Under the pieces are notes generated by a model. It searched no databases. It worked only from the letters and a program-made list of their open reading frames with translations, and had not been told where the DNA came from. Shown here in pieces: positions 10,242 to 20,423 of a stretch of 64,000 nucleotides of DNA. This stretch comes from Treponemataceae bacterium (GTDB lineage Bacteria > Spirochaetota > Spirochaetia > Treponematales > Rectinemataceae). Each line of letters begins with the position of its first letter. Within the stretch, counting starts at the first letter, position 1. The stretch lies in assembly GCA_963677895.2 (NCBI GenBank), contig CAXXGJ010000021.1:32001-96000 (forward strand), in the 5' to 3' direction. Both the position numbers and the translations under genes were made by a program.

Positions 10242-11228
10242 TCAGGAAATTCCCGTCAAAGCCTTGATGTACTGCAGGCGCATATACTCGTCCGGCTTGC
10301 CCGAATTGTAGGCGGAGAGCTTGCCGCGCATGCTGTCCACAGAGGAGAATCCCTGGGTTTCGATAAGCGTCTTCAGGTCATCGATGATAGCGCTTATCAC
10401 TTTCCAGCCATCCTTGTAGATGGCCGAACATACCTGCGTTACGCTCGCGCCGGCGAGAATGAATTTGGCCGCGGTCTCGGCATCGTGAATGCCGGTGGCG
10501 CCGGCCAGTTCGATGCCCGCGCGCTGGAAAAGCAGGGCGGTCCAGCGCAGGCTGTCATGGTATTCGTCAGCGGTGGAGAGGGGCTGCGCGCGCACCAGTT
10601 TCATTCCCCCAATATCGATGTCGAACCTATAGAAGCGATTGAAGAGGACGAGGGCATTGGCCCCTTCCTTCGAGATGTTGTTGGCGAGATGAGGAAGGCT
10701 GGAATAATGGGACCCGAGCTTCACTTCGATGGGCAGCTTTGTGGAAAGCCTGGCTTCCTTTATCGTGGAAAGCACTCTGTTCTCGATATCTTTGGAGCTC
10801 AGCGCGGTGGAATGCGGCATATAGGCGATATTCAACTCAAGGGCGTCGGCGCCGGCTTCCTCGATCCGCTTGGTGAAGGAAGCCCAGGTTCCCGTGCCGA
10901 CGCAGTTGATGCTGGCGAATATCGGGGTATTTCCGGCCCTGGTCTTCGACTCCTTGATGAGGTTGAGGTAGGCTTCCGTGCCTTCTTCCCATGCGGTGCG
11001 GCTTACGAAGGCTTCCGCCTCAGGATACGCGTCGAGGTCGATGCCGATTTCCTCGGCGCCCAGTTCGGCCAGAATCTGCTCCTCGAAAAGGGATTTGAGC
11101 ACGACGGCGCCGGCTCCGGCCTGTACGGCTTTTTCAACGCCTTCCGCCGTTCCCGTCAGGCCCGACGCGGCTACTATGATGGGATTCGCGAGTTTCAGTC
11201 CCATGAAATTAGTGGTCAAGTCGATCAT
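10242..11228 (-). CDS. Dihydroorotate dehydrogenase-like FMN TIM-barrel protein
   Basis: LKLANPIIVAAS, GAVVLKSLFEEQI, GADALELN, LVLFNRFY, ATGIH; start after a gaaggag SD. Confidence 0.88.
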   Translation of the reverse strand: MIDLTTNFMGLKLANPIIVAASGLTGTAEGVEKAVQAGAGAVVLKSLFEEQILAELGAEEIGIDLDAYPEAEAFVSRTAWEEGTEAYLNLIKESKTRAGNTPIFASINCVGTGTWASFTKRIEEAGADALELNIAYMPHSTALSSKDIENRVLSTIKEARLSTKLPIEVKLGSHYSSLPHLANNISKEGANALVLFNRFYRFDIDIGGMKLVRAQPLSTADEYHDSLRWTALLFQRAGIELAGATGIHDAETAAKFILAGASVTQVCSAIYKDGWKVISAIIDDLKTLIETQGFSSVDSMRGKLSAYNSGKPDEYMRLQYIKALTGIS

Positions 11229-11300
11229 ATTGTCTCCTTCCGTGGTTGTATCAATTTCTATTATAGCGGTTTTTCCGCCGTTCGTGGAGCGCAAACCGGA

Positions 11301-11335
11301 TAAAAAAAGGGGCGCGGCGAAAATCGCCGCGCCCC
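11301..11335 (-). terminator. Intrinsic terminator ending the ugp-like operon
   Basis: Minus strand ggggcgcggcga...tcgccgcgcccc-ttttttt. Confidence 0.88.
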
Positions 11336-11370
11336 TCCCTGTCCCGCAAAGAAGCTTTGGAAAGCTTCCG

Positions 11371-12345
11371 CTATTTCAGGAAATCGCTCAACCTGTCGAA
11401 CTGCGTCAGCGCCGTCCAGTTTCCGGCATCATCTCCCGAAAGCTTCACGCAGCCGTCGATGGCGGACGCGTAGGTAAGGGCACCCACCTTCCGGTAGTTT
11501 TTGTAAACCTGAAGGCTGGCGAAACTGTCGTGCATCATGACGGCGAATTTTGGCGCCACCGTCTTGATGAAGGATTTCGAGGAAGAGGTGTCGCTGCCGT
11601 GGTGGCCGACCTTTATCACATCGGCCTGGAGTTCGGAACCGAATTTCTCGATGAGATCCAACTCGCGCGGCGTATAGACGTCGCCCATGAACAGCATGGT
11701 CGACCTGCCGAAGAAAAATTTCATGACCAGCGATTTGTTGTTTATGAACTGTGTCCCGTTCGCGGGATAGCCGACATAATATTTTATATCCGGTTCGGGA
11801 TTATAAACCTTCACCTTGACGAATTCGCCGATTGTGAATTCAGAGCCTTCCTCGAGATAGACGATTTGGATCCCGCGTGAGGCGGCCTTGCTTATCAAGC
11901 CCCGGTAAATGCCGCTGTCGGAATACACGACTTTGCTCATATAGAGCTTGTCCACAGGATACTTTGTCAATATCCTCGCCAGGCCGCCGATATGGTCGAT
12001 ATGCGGATGACTCGCCACGACGGCGTCAATTTTCACGACGCCCATGGCTTCGAGGGCGGCTTCCACCTGCGGCGCGCAGTCGGGCGATCCGGCATCGATG
12101 AGCACAACCTTGCCGTCGGGGGTCGTCAGGATGCTGCTGTCCCCGGATTTTTCGTCGGTTTCCGCGTCCTCAGGCAGGTGAAGCTTGAGAAAGCGCGCGA
12201 CGAGCTTCCCCGCGTCTTCTTTCCGGTCGAATATCTGGTCATAGCGGTCTGCCTTCGGGGTTTCATCCGCCTGTTCCTGCGCGAAAGCGCCACATCCGGC
12301 GAAGAAGAAGCCGAAGGCGAAGATGAAGGCCAGGAATTTTTTCAT
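11371..12345 (-). CDS. Exported metallo-beta-lactamase-fold hydrolase (ComEC/Rec2 or Pce-like MBL domain)
   Basis: Signal peptide; GDSSIL, LIDAG, SHPHIDHIGG (HxHxDH), FMGD, KVGHHGS. Confidence 0.85.
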   Translation of the reverse strand: MKKFLAFIFAFGFFFAGCGAFAQEQADETPKADRYDQIFDRKEDAGKLVARFLKLHLPEDAETDEKSGDSSILTTPDGKVVLIDAGSPDCAPQVEAALEAMGVVKIDAVVASHPHIDHIGGLARILTKYPVDKLYMSKVVYSDSGIYRGLISKAASRGIQIVYLEEGSEFTIGEFVKVKVYNPEPDIKYYVGYPANGTQFINNKSLVMKFFFGRSTMLFMGDVYTPRELDLIEKFGSELQADVIKVGHHGSDTSSSKSFIKTVAPKFAVMMHDSFASLQVYKNYRKVGALTYASAIDGCVKLSGDDAGNWTALTQFDRLSDFLK

Positions 12346-13244
12346 TTGGAGGCCGCCTTGGAGAATCCGCTGAGAATGTATTTTTGCAGGATCACGAAAA
12401 GGATGATGATGGGCACGATGGCCATGACGGCTCCGGCCATGATCTGGTTCTGGTTCATGGTCTCAAGGCCCGCGTAGGAGCGCTTGAGTTCATAGACGCC
12501 TTGGGCGATCGTCCTGCGCAGCGGCGTCGTCGTCACCATCTTGGGCCAGAAATAGGCGTTCCAGCTGTCGATGAAGGTGATGATGCCCACCGTCATGATC
12601 GTCGGTTTGCACATGGGCACGAGAATCTGGAAGATGATGCCCGTCCTGCCCAGCCCCTCGAGTCTCGCCGCTTCCATGAAGCTGTCATCCACCGCCTTGA
12701 AGGTTTGCCGCAGCATGAAAATCATGTAGGCCGAGACGGCGTTGGGGATTATCAAGCCGGCGAAGGTGTTTATCCATTTCAGTTTCGCCACAATGACGTA
12801 GATCGGCACGAAGGTGATTTGTATCGGTATCATTAGGGCGCCGAGGACGACGATGAAGAGAGCGTCCCTGCCGGGGAAATGGCCCTTCGCGAAGCCGTAG
12901 GCCGCGTAGGCTCCGATGAGGAGCTGGAGGATCATGATGCCCGCGGTCATGATGATCGTGTTGAAGAAATACCTGCCGAAAGGCGCCATCTTGAGGGCGT
13001 CGGCATAGTTATGCCAGTGGAATTCCGCCGGCCAGAGCGAGGGTACGGGCCTCAGCATCTCTTCGCTGCTCTTGAGCGAGGATATGATCATCCAATAGAT
13101 GGGGAAGATGACGACGAGCGTGAAGGCAATAGCCAGGAGGTACTGGAATATCGTCGCGACCGTTTTCATCCGCAGCGCTTTCCTGTTGGTCGATGTTTTC
13201 ATGTTTAACATTTCGGCGATCCCCTCAGGACTCATAGTGGACAT
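12342..13244 (-). CDS. Carbohydrate ABC permease (UgpE/MalG type)
   Basis: FPIYWMIISSLKS, NY.DA, EAARLEG motif, WNAYFWP; exact start uncertain. Confidence 0.9.
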   Translation of the reverse strand: MSTMSPEGIAEMLNMKTSTNRKALRMKTVATIFQYLLAIAFTLVVIFPIYWMIISSLKSSEEMLRPVPSLWPAEFHWHNYADALKMAPFGRYFFNTIIMTAGIMILQLLIGAYAAYGFAKGHFPGRDALFIVVLGALMIPIQITFVPIYVIVAKLKWINTFAGLIIPNAVSAYMIFMLRQTFKAVDDSFMEAARLEGLGRTGIIFQILVPMCKPTIMTVGIITFIDSWNAYFWPKMVTTTPLRRTIAQGVYELKRSYAGLETMNQNQIMAGAVMAIVPIIILFVILQKYILSGFSKAASK

Positions 13245-14169
13245 TCTTGTCCGAAAGCTTCATGGTCGCCATCGTGAAGACGAGGAGAACGACGAAGAAG
13301 ACGCAGGCGACGACGGCCGCCCTGTCCACCCTGAACTCGACGAAGGCCAGCTCATAAATCCAGTAGACCATGACGTTCGTGCTCTCATAGGGACCGCCGT
13401 TCGTCATGACGTCGATCGACTGGAAGACTTTCATCGAAGCGATGAAGGTGGTGACGAAGAGGAAAAGCGTCGTCGGCGAGAGCAAGGGCAGCGTGATGTA
13501 CTTGAAGCGCTGGAGACCATTGGCTCCGTCGAGCTTGGCCGCCTCGTAGTACTCGGGCGAAATGCCTTTCATCGCGGAAAGGTAAATCATCATGCCATAG
13601 CCCACGACTCTCCAGCCCGTCAATATCAGGACGGAGGCCAGCGCCGTCTTTTCGGAATTGAGCCAGGTGACGCTGGCCAGCCCGAAAAGGTTGAGGACGT
13701 AGTTCAGGATGCCGTACTGGTCGCTCAATATCCACATGAAGACGATGGCCGAGGTCGAGACGCCGATGTATTTGGGCATGAAGACGATGGAACGCATCGC
13801 GGAAAAAGGTTTGCTCTCCCTGTTGAAGAGCGCGGCGAGCAGGATGCCTCCCACAAGGGTGATCGCGATTTCCCAGAAGGTATAGGTGAAGGTGATCCTG
13901 AGCGAAGCTAGCCATTTTTCCAGGCCGGAACCGGCAAAGAGCCATTTATAGTTCTTGAGCCCCACGTATTTATAGTTGTCTTTGATCAAGTTCCAGTTGG
14001 TAAAGCCGATCCGAAACAGCTCAACAATGGGATAGTAGACGAAGGCGATGAAAAACCCCAATGCCGGTACGACACAGAGAAAATCTCTGGTCTTCTCCCG
14101 CCTTCTGTAATGTGGCGCTCGCATCCGCGCCTTGGGAACTCTCACCGTTTGTTTCGCCATTTCGTTCAC
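13225..14169 (-). CDS. Carbohydrate ABC permease (UgpA/MalF type)
   Basis: YVGLKNY, YEAAKLDGA, ITLPLLSPT, MTNGGP. Confidence 0.9.
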   Translation of the reverse strand: MNEMAKQTVRVPKARMRAPHYRRREKTRDFLCVVPALGFFIAFVYYPIVELFRIGFTNWNLIKDNYKYVGLKNYKWLFAGSGLEKWLASLRITFTYTFWEIAITLVGGILLAALFNRESKPFSAMRSIVFMPKYIGVSTSAIVFMWILSDQYGILNYVLNLFGLASVTWLNSEKTALASVLILTGWRVVGYGMMIYLSAMKGISPEYYEAAKLDGANGLQRFKYITLPLLSPTTLFLFVTTFIASMKVFQSIDVMTNGGPYESTNVMVYWIYELAFVEFRVDRAAVVACVFFVVLLVFTMATMKLSDKNVHYES

Positions 14170-14296
14170 TCCCCGCTTAAATTATGGCCGACGGGCTCCT
14201 GAGAGCCCATCGGTCGCCATGAGTATGGTCTTCAGGGACGAACTTGGCAGAGCCTGAACGGCCGCCGCGTCCGCCCCTTTCTACGCCGCGCTGGTT

Positions 14297-15577
14297 TTAG
14301 TCCTGCAGCGCTTCGTCGATGAGCTTCGAAGCCTTCTGCATCGCTGACGCGACATCGCCGCCTTCGATTATAACTTTCGCCATCTCCTGCATCCAGACCT
14401 TGGAAAGAGCCGAGTAGGCCGGGTGCTGGATTCGGGGATTGATGTGGTCGAGGTTGTCGAACACTGCTTTAAAAGCCGGCTTTTCGGCGAGGAAGGCTTT
14501 GCCTTCGGCCGTCTGCGTCACCGAGTTTCGGGTGGGCATATAACCGGTTTCCCTGGCCCAGAGCATGTTGACTTCTTTGCCGGTGAGGTAGGAAAGCAGC
14601 TTCCATCCGGCGTTCTTCACATCCTGCTTGTTCTTGGAGGGGATGAGAAGCACGCATCCGCCGATCTCGGAATCGCGGGTCTGGTTTCCGGGAAGGTAGT
14701 GCATGCCGACCTTGAACTTGGTGTTGGTGACGTACATGTTGTAGAGCGAGGTTGTGTGGATGACGGAGAATGTTTTGCCGTCGATGAAGTTCTGGCGCAT
14801 GATGCCCGAGGCATCCTTGCCGTAAGCCCAGTACGCTTGCTTCGCGTCGCACCACTTCTTGAGCTGCTTCGCGATTTCGATGGCCTTGGCGCTGGCGAGA
14901 TCGGTGGTTTCGTTGTCGTCATTGACGATTTTGACGCCGGAGTTGAGATAGAAGGTCTCGAAATACCACTGGTCCCAGCCGGGGATCACCGTCGCGTAGC
15001 GCTGGGTGACGCCGTTGGAAACCTTGGACGCTTTCTTCATGAACTCGTCCATGTCGGCCCAGGTTTCGGGAAGCTTGATCTTCTCGGCATCGGCCATGTC
15101 CTTGTTGTAGAACATGATCTGCGTGGAAATGAGGAAGGGAAGAGAAACCTGCTTGCCCTTGAAGCTCGACGCCACGCGCAGGCCAGCGCCGAAGTCCTTG
15201 ATGTCGAAGCCGGTGACCTGGATGTAGGGATCGAGGATTTCGCACATGCCCGAATCGCCGTACTGGGCGATATAGGGCGTATTGGCTACCGTGACGGCGG
15301 GAAGCGTCGTTCCGGCGGCCTGGGCCGCGATGAGTTTCTCGTTGAGGTCGGCGTAGCTGCCCTGATACACGGCTTCGACGTCGATCATGGGATTCTGTTT
15401 CTCGAAATCGGCGACGACTTTGTCAATTAAGGGCGCGTACTGGGCTTCCATGGCATGCCACCACTGGATCTTGATGGGCGCCTTGACCGCGTATTTGTCG
15501 GCATCTGCCGCGCCCACGCTAAGGGTTGCCGCCACCATCATCGACAGGGCAACGATCGCAAAGAACGTTCTTTTCAT
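14297..15577 (-). CDS. ABC substrate-binding protein, family 1 (UgpB-like)
   Basis: Signal peptide; IQWWHAM, YQGSY, LPFLIST..MFYNKD, PETW, WARETGYMP. Confidence 0.88.
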   Translation of the reverse strand: MKRTFFAIVALSMMVAATLSVGAADADKYAVKAPIKIQWWHAMEAQYAPLIDKVVADFEKQNPMIDVEAVYQGSYADLNEKLIAAQAAGTTLPAVTVANTPYIAQYGDSGMCEILDPYIQVTGFDIKDFGAGLRVASSFKGKQVSLPFLISTQIMFYNKDMADAEKIKLPETWADMDEFMKKASKVSNGVTQRYATVIPGWDQWYFETFYLNSGVKIVNDDNETTDLASAKAIEIAKQLKKWCDAKQAYWAYGKDASGIMRQNFIDGKTFSVIHTTSLYNMYVTNTKFKVGMHYLPGNQTRDSEIGGCVLLIPSKNKQDVKNAGWKLLSYLTGKEVNMLWARETGYMPTRNSVTQTAEGKAFLAEKPAFKAVFDNLDHINPRIQHPAYSALSKVWMQEMAKVIIEGGDVASAMQKASKLIDEALQD

Positions 15578-15665
15578 GGTCTCCTCCTTGGCTCGTTTCC
15601 GAGCTGATGAATATCGATTCCGCCGTATCGGATGTCCTTACGGCAAAGATCCCTTGATCGAATCC

Positions 15666-16469
15666 TCAGGCTCCGGAAGCCCGCGGAAAAAACGACTCCA
15701 GGAAAGCCTTTCCTTCCGCGAGCCTGCCCAAATCGGTGCCGATATTGTATTCGAGCACGAGATTCAGGTCCCTGCCGGTTTCGGCGGCGGCGGACAGAAC
15801 GCTTTTCCAGTCGATATTGCCGTCGCCCAGGGGGGCATGCCTGTCCTTGATTCCGTCGTTGTCATGCAGATGCAGCGCGCGGAGCCTGGCTCCCAGCGAC
15901 GGCAGCAGAGTCTCTATGCTCCAGCCGTTGATGAAGGCATGGCCTATATCGACGAGGCAACCGAAATCGTCGGGAAGGCCGTTGAAAAAATCGATGAACT
16001 GGCGCTCGGTAAAGAGCGAGGTCGCGTTCGATCCGACGTTCTCCACGAGAAGGAGCCGGCCGTAGGAGGCATTGAACTCATGAAGGGCTATCAGGGAGAA
16101 CCCCAGGCGCTGACGAGCGGTTTCCTTGGAGAAATGGGCATCGGAGCACCATCCCGTATGGAGCACGACATGGCTGGCCCCCACCATCGAAGCGAAGACG
16201 ATGGTCTGGCGATAGGATTCCAGGACGGCCTCGCGCAGGAATGAGTTTTCATTGGTCAGGTTGACGTCCCATACGGGAACATGAACGGAATAGGTCGCCT
16301 TCTTGGTCTTGAGCATGGAAGCGAATTCCTCCATGCGCAGGTGGAAATCATTCCATCCGGCTCCATCAAGCATAAGCTCGATGTGCTCGGCGCCATTCCC
16401 TATGAGCTTATCGACATTATCTTCGACGCCGCCGCCTATGAGGCAGAGCTCCGAATAAGATATTTTCAT
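15666..16469 (-). CDS. Sugar phosphate isomerase/epimerase (xylose-isomerase-like/AP endonuclease 2 TIM barrel)
   Basis: SVHVP..DVNL, VVLHTG, LVENV, DIGHA, LHLHDNDG..DRHAPLGDGNIDW, VLE. Confidence 0.85.
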   Translation of the reverse strand: MKISYSELCLIGGGVEDNVDKLIGNGAEHIELMLDGAGWNDFHLRMEEFASMLKTKKATYSVHVPVWDVNLTNENSFLREAVLESYRQTIVFASMVGASHVVLHTGWCSDAHFSKETARQRLGFSLIALHEFNASYGRLLLVENVGSNATSLFTERQFIDFFNGLPDDFGCLVDIGHAFINGWSIETLLPSLGARLRALHLHDNDGIKDRHAPLGDGNIDWKSVLSAAAETGRDLNLVLEYNIGTDLGRLAEGKAFLESFFPRASGA

Positions 16470-16499
16470 CAGCGGCACTCCACAAGTATCGTCATTGCC

Positions 16500-16755
16500 T
16501 GAGAAAATCCAGACAATTTAAATCAACAAAGAAGTTAAAATAAAGTATTTAAAATACTGAATCTTTCAATACAATATTTAACGCCTGATGATATACCCAT
16601 ATTGCAAATATTGTCAAATATCTTCGTGTTATTTTGATTTTCGATGTACTTTAATAATATTTTAATAATTTTTTAACAAATTTAACGGATTTTACTTGCG
16701 CTATTCGAAAACCGCGTTTACCATATTTATTACGTTCAATACTATAAGCGGCAGG
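16500..16755. promoter_or_regulatory. AT-rich divergent promoter/operator region
   Basis: Strongly AT-rich intergenic region between the divergent ABC operon and the lacI-family gene; short repeats (caaatat, tttaac). Confidence 0.6.
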
Positions 16756-16758
16756 CAA

Positions 16759-17850
16759 ATGGACAAGAAATCGAATCCGACATTGAAGCAGGTTGCCGAA
16801 CTCTCGGGCTTTTCGCAGGCTTCAGTGTCCATGATCCTGAACAAGCGAAGCGATGTCTCCTTTTCCGAGGAAACGGTCCGCCAGGTTCTGGACGCCGCGA
16901 AAAAACTCGGCTATGAAAAATCCGCTGGCCTCAGCAGGAAGAAGCGTCTTGCCGGCAAGAATATCATCGCCGTCTTCTGCCCCAATATTTCCAATCCCTA
17001 CTATTCGACCCTCGTCCAGGCGATCGAACAGTCAGCCTGGGAGAAAGACTTTCAGGTAATGATCGTCAATACCTATCGCTCTCCCGACGTCGAAGCCAAG
17101 AATCTTGCCATTCTGCAGGAGGCGGATATCGCCGGCCTAATTTTCACCATGCCTCCGCAGGTTCCCCATGCCCTGGAGAAGACGAACAGAAGCGTTCCCA
17201 CCGTGCTCATTATCGACAAAGGCTCGTCCATAAACCTGGACACGGTGGAAATGGACAATCACGGGGCGGGCGTTCTCATAGCCAGACACCTTCTGGGGCT
17301 TGGTCACAAGCACATCGCCTATGTCTCCACGACGCTCGACGACGCCAACAGCATGCGCCTCCGCCGCCTGAGGGGCCTGGAGGAGACATTCCGCGCCGAA
17401 TGTCCCGAAGGAAGCGTTCTGGTCCGCGCCCGCGACGTGACTCCGGGCGAGGAACTGCAGGATCTCTTCATAGAACATCACGTCGGCTATGAACTCGCCA
17501 AGGAATGTCTCGCGGACAGGAAAATCACCGCCTTCGTGGCGGTGAACGATATGGTGGCTTACGGCGTCATCGACGCCATCGCGTCGGAAAATCTCAGGGT
17601 TCCCGATGATTACAGCGTCTGCGGTTTTGACAACATCTTCCCTTCCAGACTCTCCCCCATCTCCCTCACCACCGTGGACAGCTACATCATCGACAAGGGA
17701 CACAACGCTTTCGCGATGCTCTACAGTCGTCTGAGCGGTTCCAGGGGGGCCTTGACGGGGCCGGATATAATAACCCGCGTGGAATATCCGCCCAGGCTCA
17801 TGGTCAGAAGTTCCACCTCGCGGGCGAAAGACGCGCCCGGAGGACGCTAG
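16759..17850 (+). CDS. LacI-family transcriptional regulator
   Basis: HTH TLKQVAELSGFSQASVSMILN, SNPYYS, NDMVAYG, VPDDYSVCGFDN, VRSST. Confidence 0.92.
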   Translation: MDKKSNPTLKQVAELSGFSQASVSMILNKRSDVSFSEETVRQVLDAAKKLGYEKSAGLSRKKRLAGKNIIAVFCPNISNPYYSTLVQAIEQSAWEKDFQVMIVNTYRSPDVEAKNLAILQEADIAGLIFTMPPQVPHALEKTNRSVPTVLIIDKGSSINLDTVEMDNHGAGVLIARHLLGLGHKHIAYVSTTLDDANSMRLRRLRGLEETFRAECPEGSVLVRARDVTPGEELQDLFIEHHVGYELAKECLADRKITAFVAVNDMVAYGVIDAIASENLRVPDDYSVCGFDNIFPSRLSPISLTTVDSYIIDKGHNAFAMLYSRLSGSRGALTGPDIITRVEYPPRLMVRSSTSRAKDAPGGR

Positions 17851-17851
17851 G

Positions 17852-18574
17852 ATGAGCAGGGTTTTCGCGCACAGGGGTTTGAGCGCTTCGTATCCCGAAA
17901 ATACGATCCTCGCTTTCGGGAAAGCCCTCGATGCGGGCTGCGAAGGCATCGAACTGGATGTCCAGCTTTCCCGGGACGGCGAGCTTGTCGTCATCCATGA
18001 CGAGACGATAGACAGGACAACCGACGGCAAGGGCAAGGTCAGGGATTTTTCTATTGAGGAATTGCGGCGCTTCGACGCGAGCGGACGATTCGCGGGCAGT
18101 TATGGCTTCAATTCCATTCCCGGCCTTTCCGAATACTTCGACCTGGTGAAAGACCGGTCCATCATCACGAACATCGAACTCAAGAACAGCGTATTCGCCT
18201 ATCCCGGCATCGAGGAAAAGCTCATCGCCATGGTAGGAAAATACGGACTTGCCGACAGGGTGCTCTACTCGTCATTCAACCACCAGTCCCTCCTGAAATG
18301 CAGACAAATGGCGCCCCGCTGCGAAATCGCTTTCATCATCAGCTCCTGGCTGATTTCGGCCGGAGACTACTGCAGACGGCAGGGCGGGAACTACATCAAT
18401 CCGCGCTTCGGCTTTCTTACTAAGGAGAATATGGAAGAGCTGCTTGAAAACGGCATCCGGGCCATGGCTTGGACCGTGGACGAGCCCGCGGAAATGAAAA
18501 GGCTCGCCGGCATGGGGGTCGATTCCCTCATCACCAACGAGCCTCTGCTCGCTCTCGACGTTTTGGGCAGATAG
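17852..18574 (+). CDS. Glycerophosphodiester phosphodiesterase (GlpQ/UgpQ family)
   Basis: AHRG..YPENT, IELDVQLSRDG..VVIHD..DRTT, NIELK, WTVD, ITNEP. Confidence 0.93.
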   Translation: MSRVFAHRGLSASYPENTILAFGKALDAGCEGIELDVQLSRDGELVVIHDETIDRTTDGKGKVRDFSIEELRRFDASGRFAGSYGFNSIPGLSEYFDLVKDRSIITNIELKNSVFAYPGIEEKLIAMVGKYGLADRVLYSSFNHQSLLKCRQMAPRCEIAFIISSWLISAGDYCRRQGGNYINPRFGFLTKENMEELLENGIRAMAWTVDEPAEMKRLAGMGVDSLITNEPLLALDVLGR

Positions 18575-18614
18575 CGCCGGAGCGATTTTCCGTTCCAGTG
18601 CTAGAGTTCTATTT

Positions 18615-20354
18615 CTAGAGTTCGAGCGACTTGGTCGCTATCCTGTCCAGGACTCTGGCGACGAAGACATCGAGCGCCATGCCATTCTCCTGCCGCCCGT
18701 CCCTGAAACGCACCGAAACGGCTTTTTCGTCCATTTCCTTCTGTCCGACCACCAGCATATAGGGAATTTTCTGGTTCTGCGCGTCGCGGATTTTCGCGTT
18801 CATGCGCGAGTCGGAGAGGTCGGCGCGAGCCCTCATTCCGGCGGCCTTGAGGTCGCTCACCAGCTTCTTGGCGTAATCATCGAAGGCGGGAGCGACGGGA
18901 ATTACCGTTACCTGCTCGGGGCAGAGCCATACGGGGAAAGCGCCCGCGGTGTGCTCGAGGTAAACGCCGAAGAAGCGCTCGATCGAGCCTAGCAGGGCGC
19001 GGTGGACCATGTACGGCCGCTTGCGCTGTCCGTCGGCGTCGACGTAGGTCATGTCGAAACGTTCGGGTTCGTTGAAGTCGAACTGTATGGTGGTAAGCTG
19101 CCATTCGCGACCGATGGCATCCTTTACTTTGAGGTCGATCTTGGGTCCGTAGAAGGCGCCGCCGCCTTCATCGACCTCGTAGGCCAGGCCTTCCTTTTCC
19201 ACTGCCTTGCGGAGACTCTCCAGGGCTGTGCTCCACATCTCGGGGGCGCCGACGGAGTCCTCGGGATTGGATGGCTTGGTGGCCAGGTACGCCTTGATTT
19301 CCTTGAACCCGAGCGTCTTGTGCATAAATAGGGAGAAACGCAGGACTTCGGCGATCTCATCCTGGATCTGATCCGGCGTGCAGATGATGTGCGCGTCGTC
19401 CTGGGTGAAGCCTCGCACGCGCATGAGCCCGTGCAGGGTGCCCGAGCGTTCGTAGCGGTAGACGGTGCCGAGTTCGGCCCAGCGCAGCGGCAGGTCCCGG
19501 TAGGAGTGGTTGTTCGTCTTGTAGATCATGATATGGAAGGGGCAGTTCATCGGCTTGAGGTAGTAGTCATCCTCGTCGATCTTCATCGACGAGTACATGC
19601 CCGCCTTGTAGAAGCCGAGGTGTCCGGAAGTTTCCCAGAGCCAGCTCTTGCCGATATGGGGGGTGAATAGCACTTCATAGCCGTTCTTGTAATGCTCGTC
19701 GCGCCACCAGTTCTCGAGGGCGACGCGGAAGCGTCCGCCCTTAGGGTGCCAGTACACGAGGCCGGGTCCCGCCTCTTCGTGAGTCGAGAAGAGATCCAGA
19801 TCCTTGCCGAGCTTGCGGTGGTCGCGCTTTTCGGCTTCTTCGAGCAGCTTGAGGTGAGCCTCGAGATCGGCCTTGGAGGCGAAGCAGAAGGCGTAAATGC
19901 GGGTGAGCATCGGGCGCTTCTCGTCGCCGCGCCAGTAGGCGCCCGCGATGGTCTTGAGCTTGAAGCAATCGGGCCGGATCGCGCGGGTATTCTCCACATG
20001 AGGTCCCCTGCAGAGATCCATGAAGCCATCCTGCTCGTAGATGGAAATGGTTCCGTCCTCCAGGTCCTCGATCAGCTCCAGCTTGAAAGGCTGGTCGGCG
20101 AAGAGCGCCCTCGCCTCTTCCTTGGAGACTTCCTTCCTGACGAAAGCGTGTCCGCCGGAGATGATGCGTCTCATCTCCTTCTCGATCGAGGGAAGATCTT
20201 CATTCGTTATCGGGGTAGGCAGGAGAAAATCGTAGTAGAACCCCTCGTCGATCGCGGGTCCTATTCCGAACTTGGTGCCGGGAAAGAGATGCAGCACCGC
20301 CTCAGCCATAACATGCGCGGCCGAATGCCTCACCATGTTCACGTCGTTCATCAT
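18615..20354 (-). CDS. thrS: Threonine--tRNA ligase (lacks the N-terminal TGS domain)
   Basis: RHSAAH, DLCRGPH, RDHRKLG, KPMNCPFH, RVRGFTQDDAH, HRALLGSIERF. Confidence 0.97.
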   Translation of the reverse strand: MMNDVNMVRHSAAHVMAEAVLHLFPGTKFGIGPAIDEGFYYDFLLPTPITNEDLPSIEKEMRRIISGGHAFVRKEVSKEEARALFADQPFKLELIEDLEDGTISIYEQDGFMDLCRGPHVENTRAIRPDCFKLKTIAGAYWRGDEKRPMLTRIYAFCFASKADLEAHLKLLEEAEKRDHRKLGKDLDLFSTHEEAGPGLVYWHPKGGRFRVALENWWRDEHYKNGYEVLFTPHIGKSWLWETSGHLGFYKAGMYSSMKIDEDDYYLKPMNCPFHIMIYKTNNHSYRDLPLRWAELGTVYRYERSGTLHGLMRVRGFTQDDAHIICTPDQIQDEIAEVLRFSLFMHKTLGFKEIKAYLATKPSNPEDSVGAPEMWSTALESLRKAVEKEGLAYEVDEGGGAFYGPKIDLKVKDAIGREWQLTTIQFDFNEPERFDMTYVDADGQRKRPYMVHRALLGSIERFFGVYLEHTAGAFPVWLCPEQVTVIPVAPAFDDYAKKLVSDLKAAGMRARADLSDSRMNAKIRDAQNQKIPYMLVVGQKEMDEKAVSVRFRDGRQENGMALDVFVARVLDRIATKSLEL

Positions 20355-20423
20355 ACGCACAGCTCCTTTTTCGCTGCCTTGAAAGCCCTTATGGGTTCCG
20401 GCGGCGAGTGTCAAATACGACGC

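Noticed and set aside
11371..12345. Competence protein ComEC
   Set aside because: Only the MBL domain with a signal peptide is present; no multi-TM competence domain; context is a solute-uptake operon
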